A DNA stretch of 64,000 nt from Phoronis australis (Eukaryota > Animalia > Phoronida). The notes below the pieces were generated by a model. It saw only the letters and a list, made by a program, of their open reading frames with translations. It did no database searches and was not told the origin of the DNA. How positions within the stretch are numbered: position 1 is the first letter of the stretch; each line of letters starts with the position of its first letter. Of the stretch, positions 51,301-64,000 are shown one piece after another. The position numbers and the translations under genes are program-made. Where the stretch lies: assembly GCA_002633005.1 (NCBI GenBank), contig NMRA01000043.1:664675-728674 (forward strand). The letters are read 5' to 3'.

Positions 51301-52416
51301 GAATAAATATTGATTAAGTAATTAGTAAGAATAGATCCATTTTAAGTTGCCCAAAATTTGTGCATATGTACTTTTAAATCATGGGGTCAGACTTGTTGAC
51401 ATGTATTTTAACGTCAAAATCTATTTTTAGATGGTGTTTACAATTTTGGGTTCTGGGGTCAAAGTACTCTAGAGATTCTAGAATATTCTGAGAACAAATT
51501 GTAACAGCCAATAATATGAGTGGATATGATCATGTGGTTTTTATTAGCCAATCACTAAATAAGTAGAATGTTATATTATGGGCTGAAATCAACAAGATAA
51601 TTAGATGCGCTATAGTAGTTGAAGCATAAAGACTTGCTACGGTGTACAGAAGCAATTGTACGACAGAGCCATCTCGTGGGAGATTCTAGAAAGGATCTTG
51701 GCAAGGGCAAGGGTTAACGAACAGGAAGTTAACTAAGAGCTTGTCACTTGCATTGTGGGTAGTAAGATACTACCTGAAGTGTAGCGTCATCAGCCAGAGA
51801 CTGTGACCAGCAAGAAGAATCGCGGGTAGAAGAAATTGCCTGCAAGTGTTGCATCACCAGAGACGGTGACCAGCACGTACACTGTCGCTATACAGTGTGT
51901 GTAGTTCGAAGATTCACCAACAGGACAGACATCCACCAAGTGGAGAGTCCTAGCTTGGATAGCAGATAAGACATTTGATCGTTTTGGTTGTTTGATTAAA
52001 GTAATCTTTAAAGAGGGCACTAGTGTAGTTACTCTTTGTAGTTGATTACTTAATTAACAATAGGTTTCATTTGTCTAATTAGGGGTTATCATATAACAAA
52101 TTAATTACTGGATTTGAATATTCACTCTCCATCTACGCACAATCTCAAAGCATAGCTACCTTTTAAACAAACCCACAGTCAACATCTGACACAATTCAAG
52201 TTGACAATTAGAAAATGTTACTTTCTTCATCACCAAGCACCTTAAGTACCAGGAATACACTTTCACGATTATGACACAGATGGCGCCAAGCAAAAACATG
52301 ATTTACCATAGTAGAACTGCTTGTGTTGTACTTAATGTTGATGGAGAGATCCGTCTTCCCGAAAATACATGTCTTACCGGAGCCATCCGTGATATTAATG
52401 GGGACAGCAGACACAT
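36325..52416 (-). CDS. LAMP1: Lysosome-associated membrane glycoprotein (LAMP family) with three luminal domains; 10 exons, 5' signal-peptide exon not located
   Basis: Exons 52416-52307, 50619-50397, 48483-48319, 46442-46228, 45950-45746, 42263-42102, 38807-38665, 37853-37640, 36945-36769, 36467-36325 (1757 nt, phases consistent). Features: TM IVPIAVGAALAGLVVIVLIAYLIGRRR, tail sorting signal GYQSV*, many N-x-S/T sequons, a Thr/Pro hinge, and a 4-Cys pattern in each domain. Confidence 0.92.
39571..39845 (+). pseudogene. Decayed THAP domain (transposon relic) in a LAMP intron
   Basis: MPRCMVYGCSN...LHNFTTDP...AWNRFV, then after a stop and frameshift ICSR and SLKAAPLFF (AVPTIF-like). Confidence 0.7.
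42950..43900 (+). mobile_element. Possible highly decayed CR1/L2-type LINE 3' region
   Basis: Weak remnants: LGVQL..HFKW near 43145 and RQTLASVGQKTFNY..HFKW near 43830-43890. Confidence 0.3.
46557..47123 (+). repeat. Minisatellite, 47-bp unit x ~12, in a LAMP intron
   Basis: Unit ttattatgaagtcaagagaagacacattcaccaacagt(a/g)tc(a/g)cacac, head-to-tail with no spacers. Confidence 0.95.
48558..49065. mobile_element. AT-rich MITE carrying a nested SINE
   Basis: Inverted ends ttccaagaatctgactt / aagtcagttttcttggaa. Confidence 0.55.
48618..48845 (+). mobile_element. tRNA-derived SINE
   Basis: A-box-like TGGCCAAGTG, B-box GGTTCGAGTTCC, ccc ttgag core-like segment, T-rich tail, and a 9-bp target-site duplication TAAGATTTG (48609-48617 and 48846-48854). 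Confidence 0.75.
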
Positions 52417-55400
52417 CTGTGAAATAATGAAACAAGAATAATTTATACAGCAGATGCACCGGAGAATTCAGAAATAATGCACAAGAGAATTGAGAAATAA
52501 TATCACCATCATAACAAAATATGGAACAAACAAGAGTACTGCTAAATTATGGCCCTGCTTCATTTCACAACTTTCTGCGTGCCGTGTCAATAATAAATCT
52601 CAAAAACGGAAAAAGAACAGTGCCACCTTCAGAAACATTGAACAACTACTTGAATATGTCTGCTGCAAAATGGTAGCTGATCGATTAATGGCCACAATTA
52701 TTGAATTTGATGGGTTACTTTCCAAATTTTTAGTAATTAAAAATTAACAAAATTTAGAATAGTGGTATGTGCTACTGAAATATGTAAATTCTGTCAGAAA
52801 TATCTAATTCCGTGACTTTGCTAGGTATTCTGTTACAAAAGAAAACTAGTACCTCGGAACACCAGTCCAGGGTATCTAGAATTTGTCTTCAAGTAGCTTT
52901 ATAAACTGTCAATTTCGAAATGACAAGGTCTGACAAAAAATATAACGAGTTGATATGCTGATTAATTCTACAACAAATACAGAGTTGTAACAAAGAAGTA
53001 CACCTGTCAACTCCAATGGTGTGTGCTCAAGAACAATGGTGATAAAACGGTGATTAAGATAAACGGACAACTATAGATTACCCACATGACTAGTTAAACC
53101 GCTCACAGACTTGTTACGTATAATTTCATGACTGGTCATTTTAGAAAATGATGGAGCTCTACATAAATAGTCTCAGAATAATGAATGTGTTATGCTTCCG
53201 TTATTTTTTCCTGTCAAAGATCACATCCTTCACTATGAACTCATCTTAGTTTCAGTTTCAGACACAAGATGGTGTACAAATCATTTTTCCTCACTTTTTC
53301 ATAATCAAAACACAGCACCAAATTAATTCTTTACTATATTAAAGTTGTGTACAATAACAGCTACTACCAGACAATATTTTGATAATCGTAGATCCACGAA
53401 GCCCTTGAAAAATGAGAAAAAACACTTCTGGCAATTACCATAGTCTGAAATTGGTGACATTTACAACATAACTAACTTTTGACTGAAATCCACTGGGTGC
53501 TCATTCAGATTATACTGTAAGTGTTAACTAGCCACAGAGAGAAATAACAGTGTGAAAAACATTCAAGAACAGATTACATAAGTTGGCTTGATCCCAAGGC
53601 TCATTATAATCATTGTGTAATCACCCAGACTGGTTAAACTAGAGTAAAAACACTGATCAATTTTTCTTCTGAAGTCCAGAAAACACACTGAGCAAGAAAC
53701 AAATAGAGACCAGTTTTGAAAAAATGGCTGTTTTAGTAATCAAAGATGTAGTCATATCCATGTAAAGTAGGTGGACGCCTTGGGCGGATGGTACAGCAGA
53801 GGGTGATGCACAGGATTCATGCAGTGACGCTGAACATATCAGTCCCTGGGATAGAGACGTGATGTTAGCTAAGTTTGGAAAGCACTGTGCCATAATGTTA
53901 GTGCTAGTGAGCCATGTTTGAAAGCTGAAGTTACAAGACAAAGGATTGGAATAATGTTTTTATAATGGTACTTATTTTTACCATTATGCAATGAAAACAA
54001 TAGCAACAAGACCAGCAAGTGAAACTGTTTAACTGCGGTTCTCCTGAATTAACATAAAGGAAATTAGGATTTACAAAAACATGATGAGAAATTTGTACCA
54101 CGTTTGAATGCCTGCCAGAGAGAGAACAATGGATGGATCACTTTTATTGCTTTTGTCCCACATTTGGCATTACCAATGGCACTGCACTGGAAATGAATTG
54201 AACTAAACCATGTCGCTTACCATTACAGTAGGGGCAAAATAAGTTTAGTGACAGAGTGAACCCAATGCTACAACATTGTGATGTTGGTATCAATGCTATA
54301 GGTAAAGAACAACAGAGTCCAAAATTTGGACTTGCGTAAATATATTCCTTTAGTGTGAGTTGTTCAAAATGTCAATAGGTGGGGCAGTAGTGCATTTTAG
54401 TTGACAGCATGAATAATACTGTCAATCTCAGGCCAAAAGCCTAATTGAAGCAGTTTAAGTCACAAGATTCTTTTGCACATGATCTGACACTCCTCAAGTC
54501 AACATAAGTCAAATGACCAGAGTTGAATGAAAGTAAAGAACACTGATGACCTATTAAACTAGTAAGTCAACAAACATAATTTTCCTTAACATGTACACAA
54601 GTGGATGAGTCAGCCATCATTGATAACCACTCAGCTAGCCCGCATTAGTTACATTTCATCATATGGTGAAATCTAGAGTAATTTCAAAAAAATAACCGTC
54701 AATTTGATCCTTTGCATAGGCTTCCAACAAGTTGTGCGTGCAGCCCACAATTTTTCAAATCATTGCTTTGGTGGCCTAAATAGGTACTTAAACATCACAT
54801 TTAGCACAGATTTGGAACTACAAATCTGATGAAAAAATGGGAAAAAAAATAATAAAATTTCACTTTTGGGCCATACTGTGTCCTAAATTTGTGATATTTC
54901 ACGTTATCAGTAAAACATCAACTGCTGAAGCATCACAGCAGACAGGAAAAAGTCAACGCAACTAACCTGCAACAGGTTACATTGTGAAATACTAGCCCAG
55001 ATGTTTTAGTTGAACATCAGTCAATCTTTGAGTATTGCCTATTGATTTAAGAGTCATGTGCAACACAAACACATCAATATCGGATCTATAACATGAAGGC
55101 TCATCTCCATCATATTATACTTTTTCAAAACACTTTGCCTAAGCATCAAATAAATCATGTTTGATCCCTAAAGTTGTATCCCCTAAATTTTAAGGATCTT
55201 CTGACCCAAATATTGGACTTCACAAACTTAAGTTGAAAATGTATTTTGACAAATTATAGTTTCTCAGTACGGCAAAGAAGACACAGCAAATCAAGAGCAA
55301 CGTAGACAGAACATTGATATGAGTCCACAGTATGCATCACATAATGACACACATATACATTGTAGACACATGGGATGATCCTTATTTTACACATTCCCAC

Positions 55401-55445
55401 AAAAGGGAGCAATACTGGTGAACTTAAAACCACTGCAGAGTGCAA

Positions 55446-56424
55446 AACAAGTCAGTAATGCTTTGATCATTATAGAACACACCACCAATCATCATGACTC
55501 TTCAAGCAGATTGGAAGATAGGGAGTCGTGCGACAAAGAACAGACACAAAACCAATAAAAAGGCCACTAGGGGACGCAACATGATTAAAATTCACCTAGT
55601 TTCGTTGTTTATGTGATAGAAACTTATTTGCCAAATTTAATGAATATCCATCACAGAACTTGGCAGATCTCAAAGCAAACACAAAGAAAACCATAACTGC
55701 CACTAGGAGTGTCACTTGTACTCTCTTCAGTAGAAACATGTATACAAATTTCATGAAGATCCATCAACAACTTTGTAGACATTGAGCCACAACGTGAAAA
55801 ATGAACTTGCCACTAGGGGGTGCCAAAGCAGTTGGACACATCCAGAAATCATCTGCTCTGCTCTTCCCAGTGAAAACACACTTTCCAATGAATTTTCATA
55901 ATGATCCTTAAGACTATTACAGTGGACGCTAAATATCAGACTTGATAGACATTGAACCACAATCTGAAAAACAAACTTGCTACTAAGGGGTGCCACAGTA
56001 GTCAATGTCCTTTTCAGCAAGACTTCACATCTGTTGCTAATTTTCATGACCATCCTTTCAGTGACTTTGCAGAGAGGCAGATGCCAAAAAACAGACTTGT
56101 AAATAATAAAAATGCTCACTAGGTGGTGCAAATTAAACCAAATATGTATGCCAACGAGAAAGATTCATCATCTCATTAATATGATTCTTCATGAAAATCA
56201 GTCAACGAAACCTAAGAGGCAAAAATAAAATAACAAAATTGACTAACTTTAGGGGATGCAGCAGCAGACCTGTATGAAAGTCATCGTGTCTCCATTATAG
56301 CTACATTGATCAAGATTCTCCAAGAGGTCTTGTAGATACAGACAGTGGCGGACACCAAACACTCAGACAGGGATGACGGCAATATGCAACCACAATATGT
56401 ATGTGTATAAGTGGGCACATAAAA
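55446..56424. mobile_element. Possible non-autonomous Helentron/HINE (DINE-like) element
   Basis: Starts AACAAG, has a periodic CCACTAGGGG motif with TTCATGAAxATC blocks, an ACAGACAG segment, and ends GGGCACATAAAA. Confidence 0.4.
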
Positions 56425-59074
56425 ACACACAAGTCGTGCATGAATTGGGTATTTGTTAACAGTCTAGGCTTGATTTAAAATGGAAGACTCAGCAGTACAG
56501 TTGTGTATTATCCATGTCCACATATCAGTCTTTGTTGTGCAACAAGAGTTTGATGACTAGCATTAAAACGGTAGAATCAAGCTTAAACAAAAGCTGACTT
56601 TCTGATGTGACACAAACAATACAACAAAAGATACTGGAGAGATGATTTCTGCATTAATTACTGTACACCTGCTGTGTGTATATATGGTCCAAGTAACAAC
56701 AGAAACTGGTAGTGTCATGAAATCTGTGACATTCATGATACATATATAATTCTTAGCACATTAGTTTGATAGTGTTATTACTTATTGATATTATTTCTTT
56801 GCTAGCCAATTGTTTTTGTTTATAGAAACTTGTTTTGGCTGTCAGCTGAGTCAGCGACCAACCCATCCGGTGCATCCACACATGTTTTGATGATCTCTGT
56901 AGTAAACAAGATTGCGTAATGGTCATTCACAGAAACATTGCCTAAAGACAGCTGACCATTACCATATATGGCAAACACAACAGAGTAGTTCAGATGATTG
57001 TTGTGAAAGTTTTAGAGTTGCTTCCTGTTTTTTCCTGTAGGATATTGAATCATAAAGGTTAGTGCATGCAACCCACATATTTGTGACTTGTATATAAATC
57101 CGTTCACTTGTCTAATAAAGACAGTCCTCATCTTGCTACTGCCAGTTGCTTTACTAGTGTAATTTAGTGTTCCACACTTAGTTACTGAATACAACCATCT
57201 CACTGACGGACCGAGACTGTCCACAACACAACACAACGCTGCTACTAAGTCGAGTTATTCTCCACTATTCTACAACAGGTAGTGAAAAAGGCTCACATCC
57301 TGGGAGAGAACTCAAATAAACGACAGATTGTGTCTCATGGCAAGTCGGAAATAGTTTTGACCATACTCAATGGAAATGAATACAGAACAAAGATATTCGC
57401 CTTTGGCAAGGTCATTTGAATCACTTTCAATATTTGCATTGATCGTAGACATAACAGGGTTACAGTTAATTCAGCAAAACGTATCCCCAAGACAACCAAG
57501 AATCTCGTAAAATCGAGAACAGTTGCTTGCCTACTTGAACAGTTAAGCGAGATGAACTAGCATTTAATCTCCTACCACAAACAAATTTTTATTTCAATGA
57601 CATCTCATGCCTTATAAGCACTTGGCGTGCATGCTTTAGACAAGTTCCCTGCATTTTGCAAGACTCATCCTTGGTACACTTGCACCAATTGGAACCAACG
57701 TCAAATCATGCTACACTTATGCAGTTATTGACTTTCACCAAGGTCAATATGTTGATTTCAGACCCCAAAAATGATAAGGAAACGCAGGGTACCGCTACGG
57801 TAACCAACTGATATCCAAGTCCACAGACATACACTAGTCTTAACAGAGATCCGGGACTTGATCTACCTGCAGTGTATTCAGATCTGTTACGGGTTTCCCT
57901 CCAACATTAGAGAATACTTGGTACTACCAGTACTTTTATCGTTTTATTCTACAACGACAGAGGACGCAACCAGTGGTGAATTAAGTCCATGAGACACAGA
58001 CGAAACGACTGTACACTTACATCAAGGTACAGTTCTTTGGTTCCAAAAGGGATCTTTACTCAATATTTTTCATCACTTAAACGGAACCCAGTAATAGTCA
58101 CATTAAGTTATGTTTGGGCTTTCGATTGTATGTCACTCGGTTGATCCATCAGCGAACAATTTTTAGTCTTCCAGGAGCCACTTACGATGAACAAATGAAC
58201 TATCAACCATATTTTGAGAAAGATACGGTGTTTTCTCTATCAGTTCGTACACTCTATTAGTTCGGACAGCACCCTTGAAACATGACGTTTGTCTCCAATA
58301 GTTCGTACAGTAGGCGTCCGAGGGAAAAATAGTTCTTACACATATTTGCATCGGAAAAAATAATTCGCAAAGCTTTTTGGATTGGTAAAATTGAAATTTT
58401 CATTCTTATAAAACAACACAAATCGTTAAGTGCCAATTCTTTCCAGGTGATTGGAATCCGTTATTTGCTTTACTACGCTAGCATAGAGCTCGAAAAGTCG
58501 TTTTTCAGATCGCCATTTTTGACGACAGAAAATGTGGAAATAGTGATAAGATTTTCCAGTGTGTTGCCAAATAGCAGTAAAAATGCGGATTTTCCCAACA
58601 AGGTTTTGTTACCTTCAGATTAGCACTACACGAATAAATCTACGAAAATGTGTAGTAACAGTACCGTGCCGTCCCATAGTCTTGTTAGAGCTGATACCGG
58701 TGACTGCAGTGCGCTGACGACAAATGACTAGTGCTCCACTTGGATTTTAACTATTCTCACATGGTGAAGTGCGCACATGCAATCGTCACGTGTTGCAGAG
58801 GTTACATCATATAAAGATTAAATTTATGGCCACAGTGGTCCCGTGACATGAGTAGAACTATGTGTGTATTAGCTGTAAAGTTCTGAGTTGAGAGAGCAAT
58901 TAATGAGTTGTTTGGCGAAATAAATATTAGAAAAACTAATTCATGTGTTTTTATGGTTGGGAATGTTTATGGTCTAGACTCCGTAACCCAATAAATTGTC
59001 AACATAAGGTCTAGGGCGGCTGTCTTATCTCGGAACGCTTGGCACGGCTAACTTCAGTTGCCATTGCCTGAAAC

Positions 59075-59607
59075 CAGGCCTTTATCCAGGATTTCGAAAA
59101 TAGGGTGTCCAAAATGGGGTTCCCAATATTCCAGGGCGTCCATGATTTCGAAGCGTAACCCCCCACCCCCCCCCCAGCAAACCCTCCAAACACACAGATT
59201 TTTTTACAACAAATGCATAGACCATGGTTTTTACATCTAAGTTTACAAAACAGCGTTCTGTAGTGAGCATTTTTACTAAAAAAACTGTAGACCAAGACTT
59301 TTACAATGCTATCAACCAAGTTTGAGCATAGCAACATTGTACATACTTTGTATATACATTGTATATTTCTTCCTGCTTTGATAAAAGAGCCACCACTGTC
59401 GAGTCTTCATAGGCTTCCTAGTGATCATTACAATGTGTGTGTCCAAACTTTAAAGGTTCCTATTGATAGCTGCCTCCAAATGATACATTGGGCATCCTTG
59501 CCTGGGCATCCATATTAGTGCTATGGCTCCATATTAGTGCTAGGGCGTCCATATTAGTGCTAGGGCATCCATTTGGACGCCCAAGACGGACGGTGCATAA
59601 AGGACTG
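59075..59607. mobile_element. Non-autonomous hAT element with an 8-bp TSD
   Basis: TIRs CAGGCCTTTATCCA / TGCATAAAGGACTG, perfect TSD CCTGAAAC on both sides, and internal 20-bp tandem repeats (ccatattagtgctaggg) at ~59505-59570. Confidence 0.85.
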
Positions 59608-59879
59608 CCTGAAACACGCTACGCAATGAAGATGCGGACATGAGCCAGTTGTCAATCAAAAGTTACTGCAAGTGCAGTACTCAACAACTAGCATTTGCTT
59701 AATATTTTATGACTTTGACTCTGGATAAGTCTAAAGAACTCGTACAGTGGGGGTCTTAGGGAAAAAATACTTCGTACAGTAGGTGGTCGAGCGAAAAATA
59801 GGATGTACACGTATCTTTGTCGGTAAAAATAAGTTGTAAACAAATCGCCAATTATTCGGGTAATCGATAGCCGCGGTAA

Positions 59880-60025
59880 GTTAGTGACTAGAGCTCTGAC
59901 CAGTAATGACCACTCAGCCAGTACGCGCTAGTTAGTGACTAGCTCTAACCAGTAATGCCCACTCAGCGAGTACGTGCTAGTTAGTGACTAGCTCTAACCA
60001 GAAATGACCACTCAGCCAGTACGCG
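59880..60025 (+). repeat. Tandem repeat, ~49-bp unit x 3
   Basis: gttagtgactagctctaaccagtaatgaccactcagccagtacgcgcta repeated. Confidence 0.9.
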
Positions 60026-63000
60026 AAAGTTCGGTGTCGGTTATAATCAACTCGGCACTAGACATTCGTGACCTGAAATTTGGGAATGCGAGCCGAGACT
60101 GGTCATTTCGTATCAAGTCGCAACATGTAACCTGGAAATTTCCAAGCACGCGACAGAGCCTAGGCTAGCTTTTGGCAGCAAGTAGAAGTACCTGGCACTT
60201 GTGCAAATCTGGATGTTATTTGGTTGTTTCCAAATCAAGTCGAACACTCAGCCCTCTTAATTGAGATGTAAACATGTTTCGTAAATGGGATAACGTCTTT
60301 GGGATAATTCAGAAGCAATTCTTAACTTCTATTGGCAGGTGTTTTTGGCTCAGTGTTCTCCACACCTGTTTTAACTCCACCCTGTAACGAGTTTGGATTT
60401 TGCTGCGTGGAGTTTAGAAAGTGCTGCTGCATCAGGTTTGAACTTTTGTCCAGGCTTGGTATTTCAGCCCTCAACCCTAAAGCAGTGCCTGATTAACCAA
60501 CATCAAGCCCAATACAGAACATTAGAGGCAGTCAACACTATATGTATAACTTCGTAAGACACTACAAAAGTTTAAATTATAATTAACAAAATCTGCAAAA
60601 AACTTTAAATAACAAACATTTCAAGGAGTCATCTAGCTTGCTTAATTGAATGACTAATCTACTTTGTCATTCTAACTTTAAAATTTTGCAAGTCAACCTA
60701 TAAAAAAGCAATTTAATTTGCTTAATAAAGACAATTTTGATTTTGACTGACATCTAGTGGCAAGTTAGAACTTTATGAGCTTATTAAACTTGACAACAGG
60801 TGTCACTAAAAACTAGGTCACATCAGAACTCATGTTAGTAGTACTTAATATGTCTAATTGATATTAAAATCGGCATTGGTATTATTAAAGAAACTTTTGA
60901 TCTTTTGTTTGCTGCTCTTGGTCTGTCAAATGCTTTGGAGAAATTATGAGATGCATTGGTAGCAAAGCTAAACTTTGAAGTGTCTAAGAAGTAGGTCACA
61001 CCAGTGCAGTGTGCAGTTTTAAACCATATATAAGTACCTCCAGCATGACCATGCTCATGGTTAGACACAAAACAATGTCAATAACTAACATTCAACATTT
61101 GCGTCGAGTTTGGAATTTATAATGTGGAGAACACTGTGGCATAAATATGTGATGAATTAAAAACATCACAGCAAAATTTCATTCACTACTGACTTTGTGA
61201 TGAAAAACATTTATTTTTCATGCAAGATGTCCTGATTAGCCTACTACAATATCCCCAACAATATATCATCTCACCTACTGCGGCACTGCTCAAACCCGCT
61301 GTTTGCGCGCAATATCCCGACAGACCGCGACTTGGAAATGCGGTCAAGTAATGGCGCGCCACTTCAAAGTAGCATATCTGTACCAGATAAGTTTCAGCGA
61401 CCAAGGTGTTTACTTGACAATCAACTTAGACCCTTGGGGTTGTAAAAAGCCCATCGGCTTTGCAATATTCCTTAGGCCCAATGTTCCCCAGAACCGCTAT
61501 TGTCTATTCCGATGTTTCCGTGGCTCGATCTTCCCTAGGCTCGATGTTCCAGGCCCATAGCCATCTTCTCGCAGCCTTTTTTATTCTTCTCTCCATACAA
61601 CCCCCTCCCACTAGCACCAATTTTCATTCCCTAGGCCGCAAGTCGACCACGTAAATCTTTCTGGCTCGATTCTATGGGAAGAATTTTGTTCCAGCTGAAA
61701 CTCACCAATGTAGAAATAAAATCGTTCCGGGTGGCTATACAGGTAGGTGGAAAATATATCTACACAGACAGGCCTACGCTGAGTAGTTTGCCCCAAGAAA
61801 TTGTATCATAATAACATTCCTTACTATTGCAGTCATTTAGTTTCTTATTACCGCAAACATTCACATATAGTATTTGTCTATAACACCTTTGATTTTTTTG
61901 GAAATACGGTAAGCGCCTACTGCTCTACTAAGCTAAGTTTTGAGAAATTTCAATTAAGCACCAGGGCACACAAGAACTGCCAGTGACATTTGTAAAATTT
62001 GTTAACGCCAGCTTGATTGACAATAAGTGAAAAACAAAACTTGGCTTGCATTTTTTATAATTTCAAGATCATACACAAATACACAGTAGCGTAGGCAACA
62101 AATTAACCCTGTGAGGCACACTGTACTTTCCCGGCGCCGCCACACATCCTTGGTAACACGGCAAAATACATTAATTTCCAGAGAACTAAGTCGGTGGAAC
62201 TTCATCAAAATTTAAAGGAGAATTTGACACCTTTCCGTGAGGTATGAGAATTGTTCAAAATCAGAGAGCTTCCCTTCTAAATCAAATTTAGTGTTGGCAA
62301 AACCATCGTCACATTTCTCTGGCTTGATTTTTTCTAATACATGTTTTATCTGGTGCACTGCAGTCGGAAACTAAGTGCGGCAGACGACATCGCAGAAAGC
62401 GGAGGTTCCGAAGGCGGCGTGGTTCCTGAAGTTTGCGAACATGGGAAGAAAATAAAGTGACAAACGAAGAGTTCAAGTATGATTTTGAAGTAAGTCCATC
62501 ACGCAGGAAAATAAATAATTTGTTACTTGTTGTCATAATTCACATTGCCAAACCACCATCTCAGAGGCTGTCGTTGCACTCATTGTTATCGTTGATCTTT
62601 ATCACTAATAATTCAAAAACTCAACTTTCTTCTCTAATAGTTCGTACGGCCAGTTTTGTCTCTGTTAATTCGTACACAAATTTCTCAAGGGAAAAATAGT
62701 TCGTACACTAGTGTACGAACTAATAGAGAAAACACCGTATTCAGTTTTGCAGTTATACATCAAATGCTAAATGCAGAACTGTGGTCGTTTGGCTGTATCA
62801 AACTAAATTACTTCGACAGAAGTTCAACCATGAGCAAATTGTATTGAAATACAAAGAACATTTCATCCTTCAAATATGCATCCCTTTGTACCATGGTTTC
62901 ATGGAGCAAACTGTAATACCTTGATGGAGGTTTGAATGTGTAAACTAACTTATATTTCACCGATCTTGCCAGATTTTTGCCAAACAATTCCGACTTCTGT

Positions 63001-64000
63001 CTGTTTACTTTCTGTTGTAATTTAAGCATGGTGCCATGTGCGCTAATTTCACAAAATAAAAGGAACAATTGTGAATTAAAGGTAGTAAATCTAAGAAAAC
63101 TGTTAGTAATCTAAATTTGGAAGTCAACACAAACTTAAAACGAATTTAAAGGGAATTATTGTCTGACTAATACTTGCACTGGCAACTTCGTGGCAACTTG
63201 GAATTTTTCCCAGGTTGACAAACACAATTTGAGAGCGCATTGGCAACCTGCAGGTCACCAAATCGAGCACTGACAGAGATAGGCAAATGACAAGTAGTCA
63301 AAAAGATTCGAGAAGAAATCACAAAGAGCTCTCCATCAAGCAAAGTTTGGTGATTTTTCACTTTCTTATATTTTCTTAGTCTTTTATTTCATTTCTGGCT
63401 CTTATCAACTATGCGAAATCTGTAAGCTTTATTTGTAAGGGCTGTTACTCTATCACAACCCCCATACAGTTTCGTTAGTTTGCCATTTGGTGACCTGAAA
63501 CTTATGGGTGGTAAGCATTTTAAGCCTTCCCAATTGCATAATTTACTGCAGCGTTGAATTTAAATTTAACATTTTTGCGCCTGCCAAAGTTGTCCCTAAG
63601 AATGGAGAACTGTGGACCATAGTCGCAAGAATGGCACTGAGAAAGCCAGCACATGAGAGCCCCAACCCTTAAGGGTGTATGACAAACTGAAACTGGTCCA
63701 GATCAGTGTTGCACCAAATGACTCGGTTTTGAAAATTTTATTTACCCATGAAGGCTCAGTTTGGGAAATTTCATGTGACCAATGAAGGCTGGATTTTACA
63801 AAATCGACGATACCACGAACACAGACATGATGAAGCAGATGAAGGCTCGGTTACTTAGGATTAGGCACCGACAGTGACCACCATCCTACTGGCACCGACA
63901 ATAAGACGGTGGAGCTCCTATAGATGCTTCATACGCCGGAAGCTTTTTGGCAAATTATGTCTTACACTGACTAAAACATCAAAGTCACATTGTTATAAAT

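Larger units (their letters stand above)
58226..62737. mobile_element. TIR-bounded (TA-flanked) non-autonomous DNA element, ~4.5 kb
   Basis: TA|CGGTGTTTTCTCTATCAGTTCGTACAC and GTGTACGAACTAATAGAGAAAACACCG|TA (27 bp, 1 mismatch). Repeated AGTTCGTAC motifs; no recognisable transposase. Confidence 0.6.

Noticed and set aside
53657-53765. Signal-peptide exon of LAMP (MDMTT...SKLVSICFLLSVFSG)
   Set aside because: Hydrophobic, but there is no convincing phase-1 GT donor and the frame runs to a stop. Left unresolved.
60835-63361. Short ORFs near the window end as genes or a transposase
   Set aside because: No recognisable domains or consistent splice structure.

Overview
AT-rich, intron-rich animal (invertebrate-type) genomic DNA; not prokaryotic. 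Four host genes can be assembled by hand from GT-AG junctions with consistent phases. (1) The last 12 exons of a divergent ACSF2-like acyl-CoA synthetase (+, 1517-8445; 5' part not found). (2) A complete convergent flavin-containing monooxygenase (-, 11742-16620, 535 aa). (3) A two-exon 87-aa single-pass membrane microprotein (-, 23473-27846) that the ORF track only partly shows. (4) A LAMP-family lysosomal glycoprotein (-, 36325-52416; signal-peptide exon not found) with THREE tandem luminal domains. Between and inside these genes are many mobile-element relics: L1/Tx1, Penelope-like, RNase H LINE, DIRS, THAP fragments, MITEs, a SINE and minisatellites. The most unusual element is a 3.5-kb TIR-bounded pogo/Tigger-type transposon (28818-32293). 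Its decayed transposase carries an OTU deubiquitinase-like domain between the DDE core and a C-terminal PHD finger. All family assignments come from motif recognition by eye; no database searches were run.
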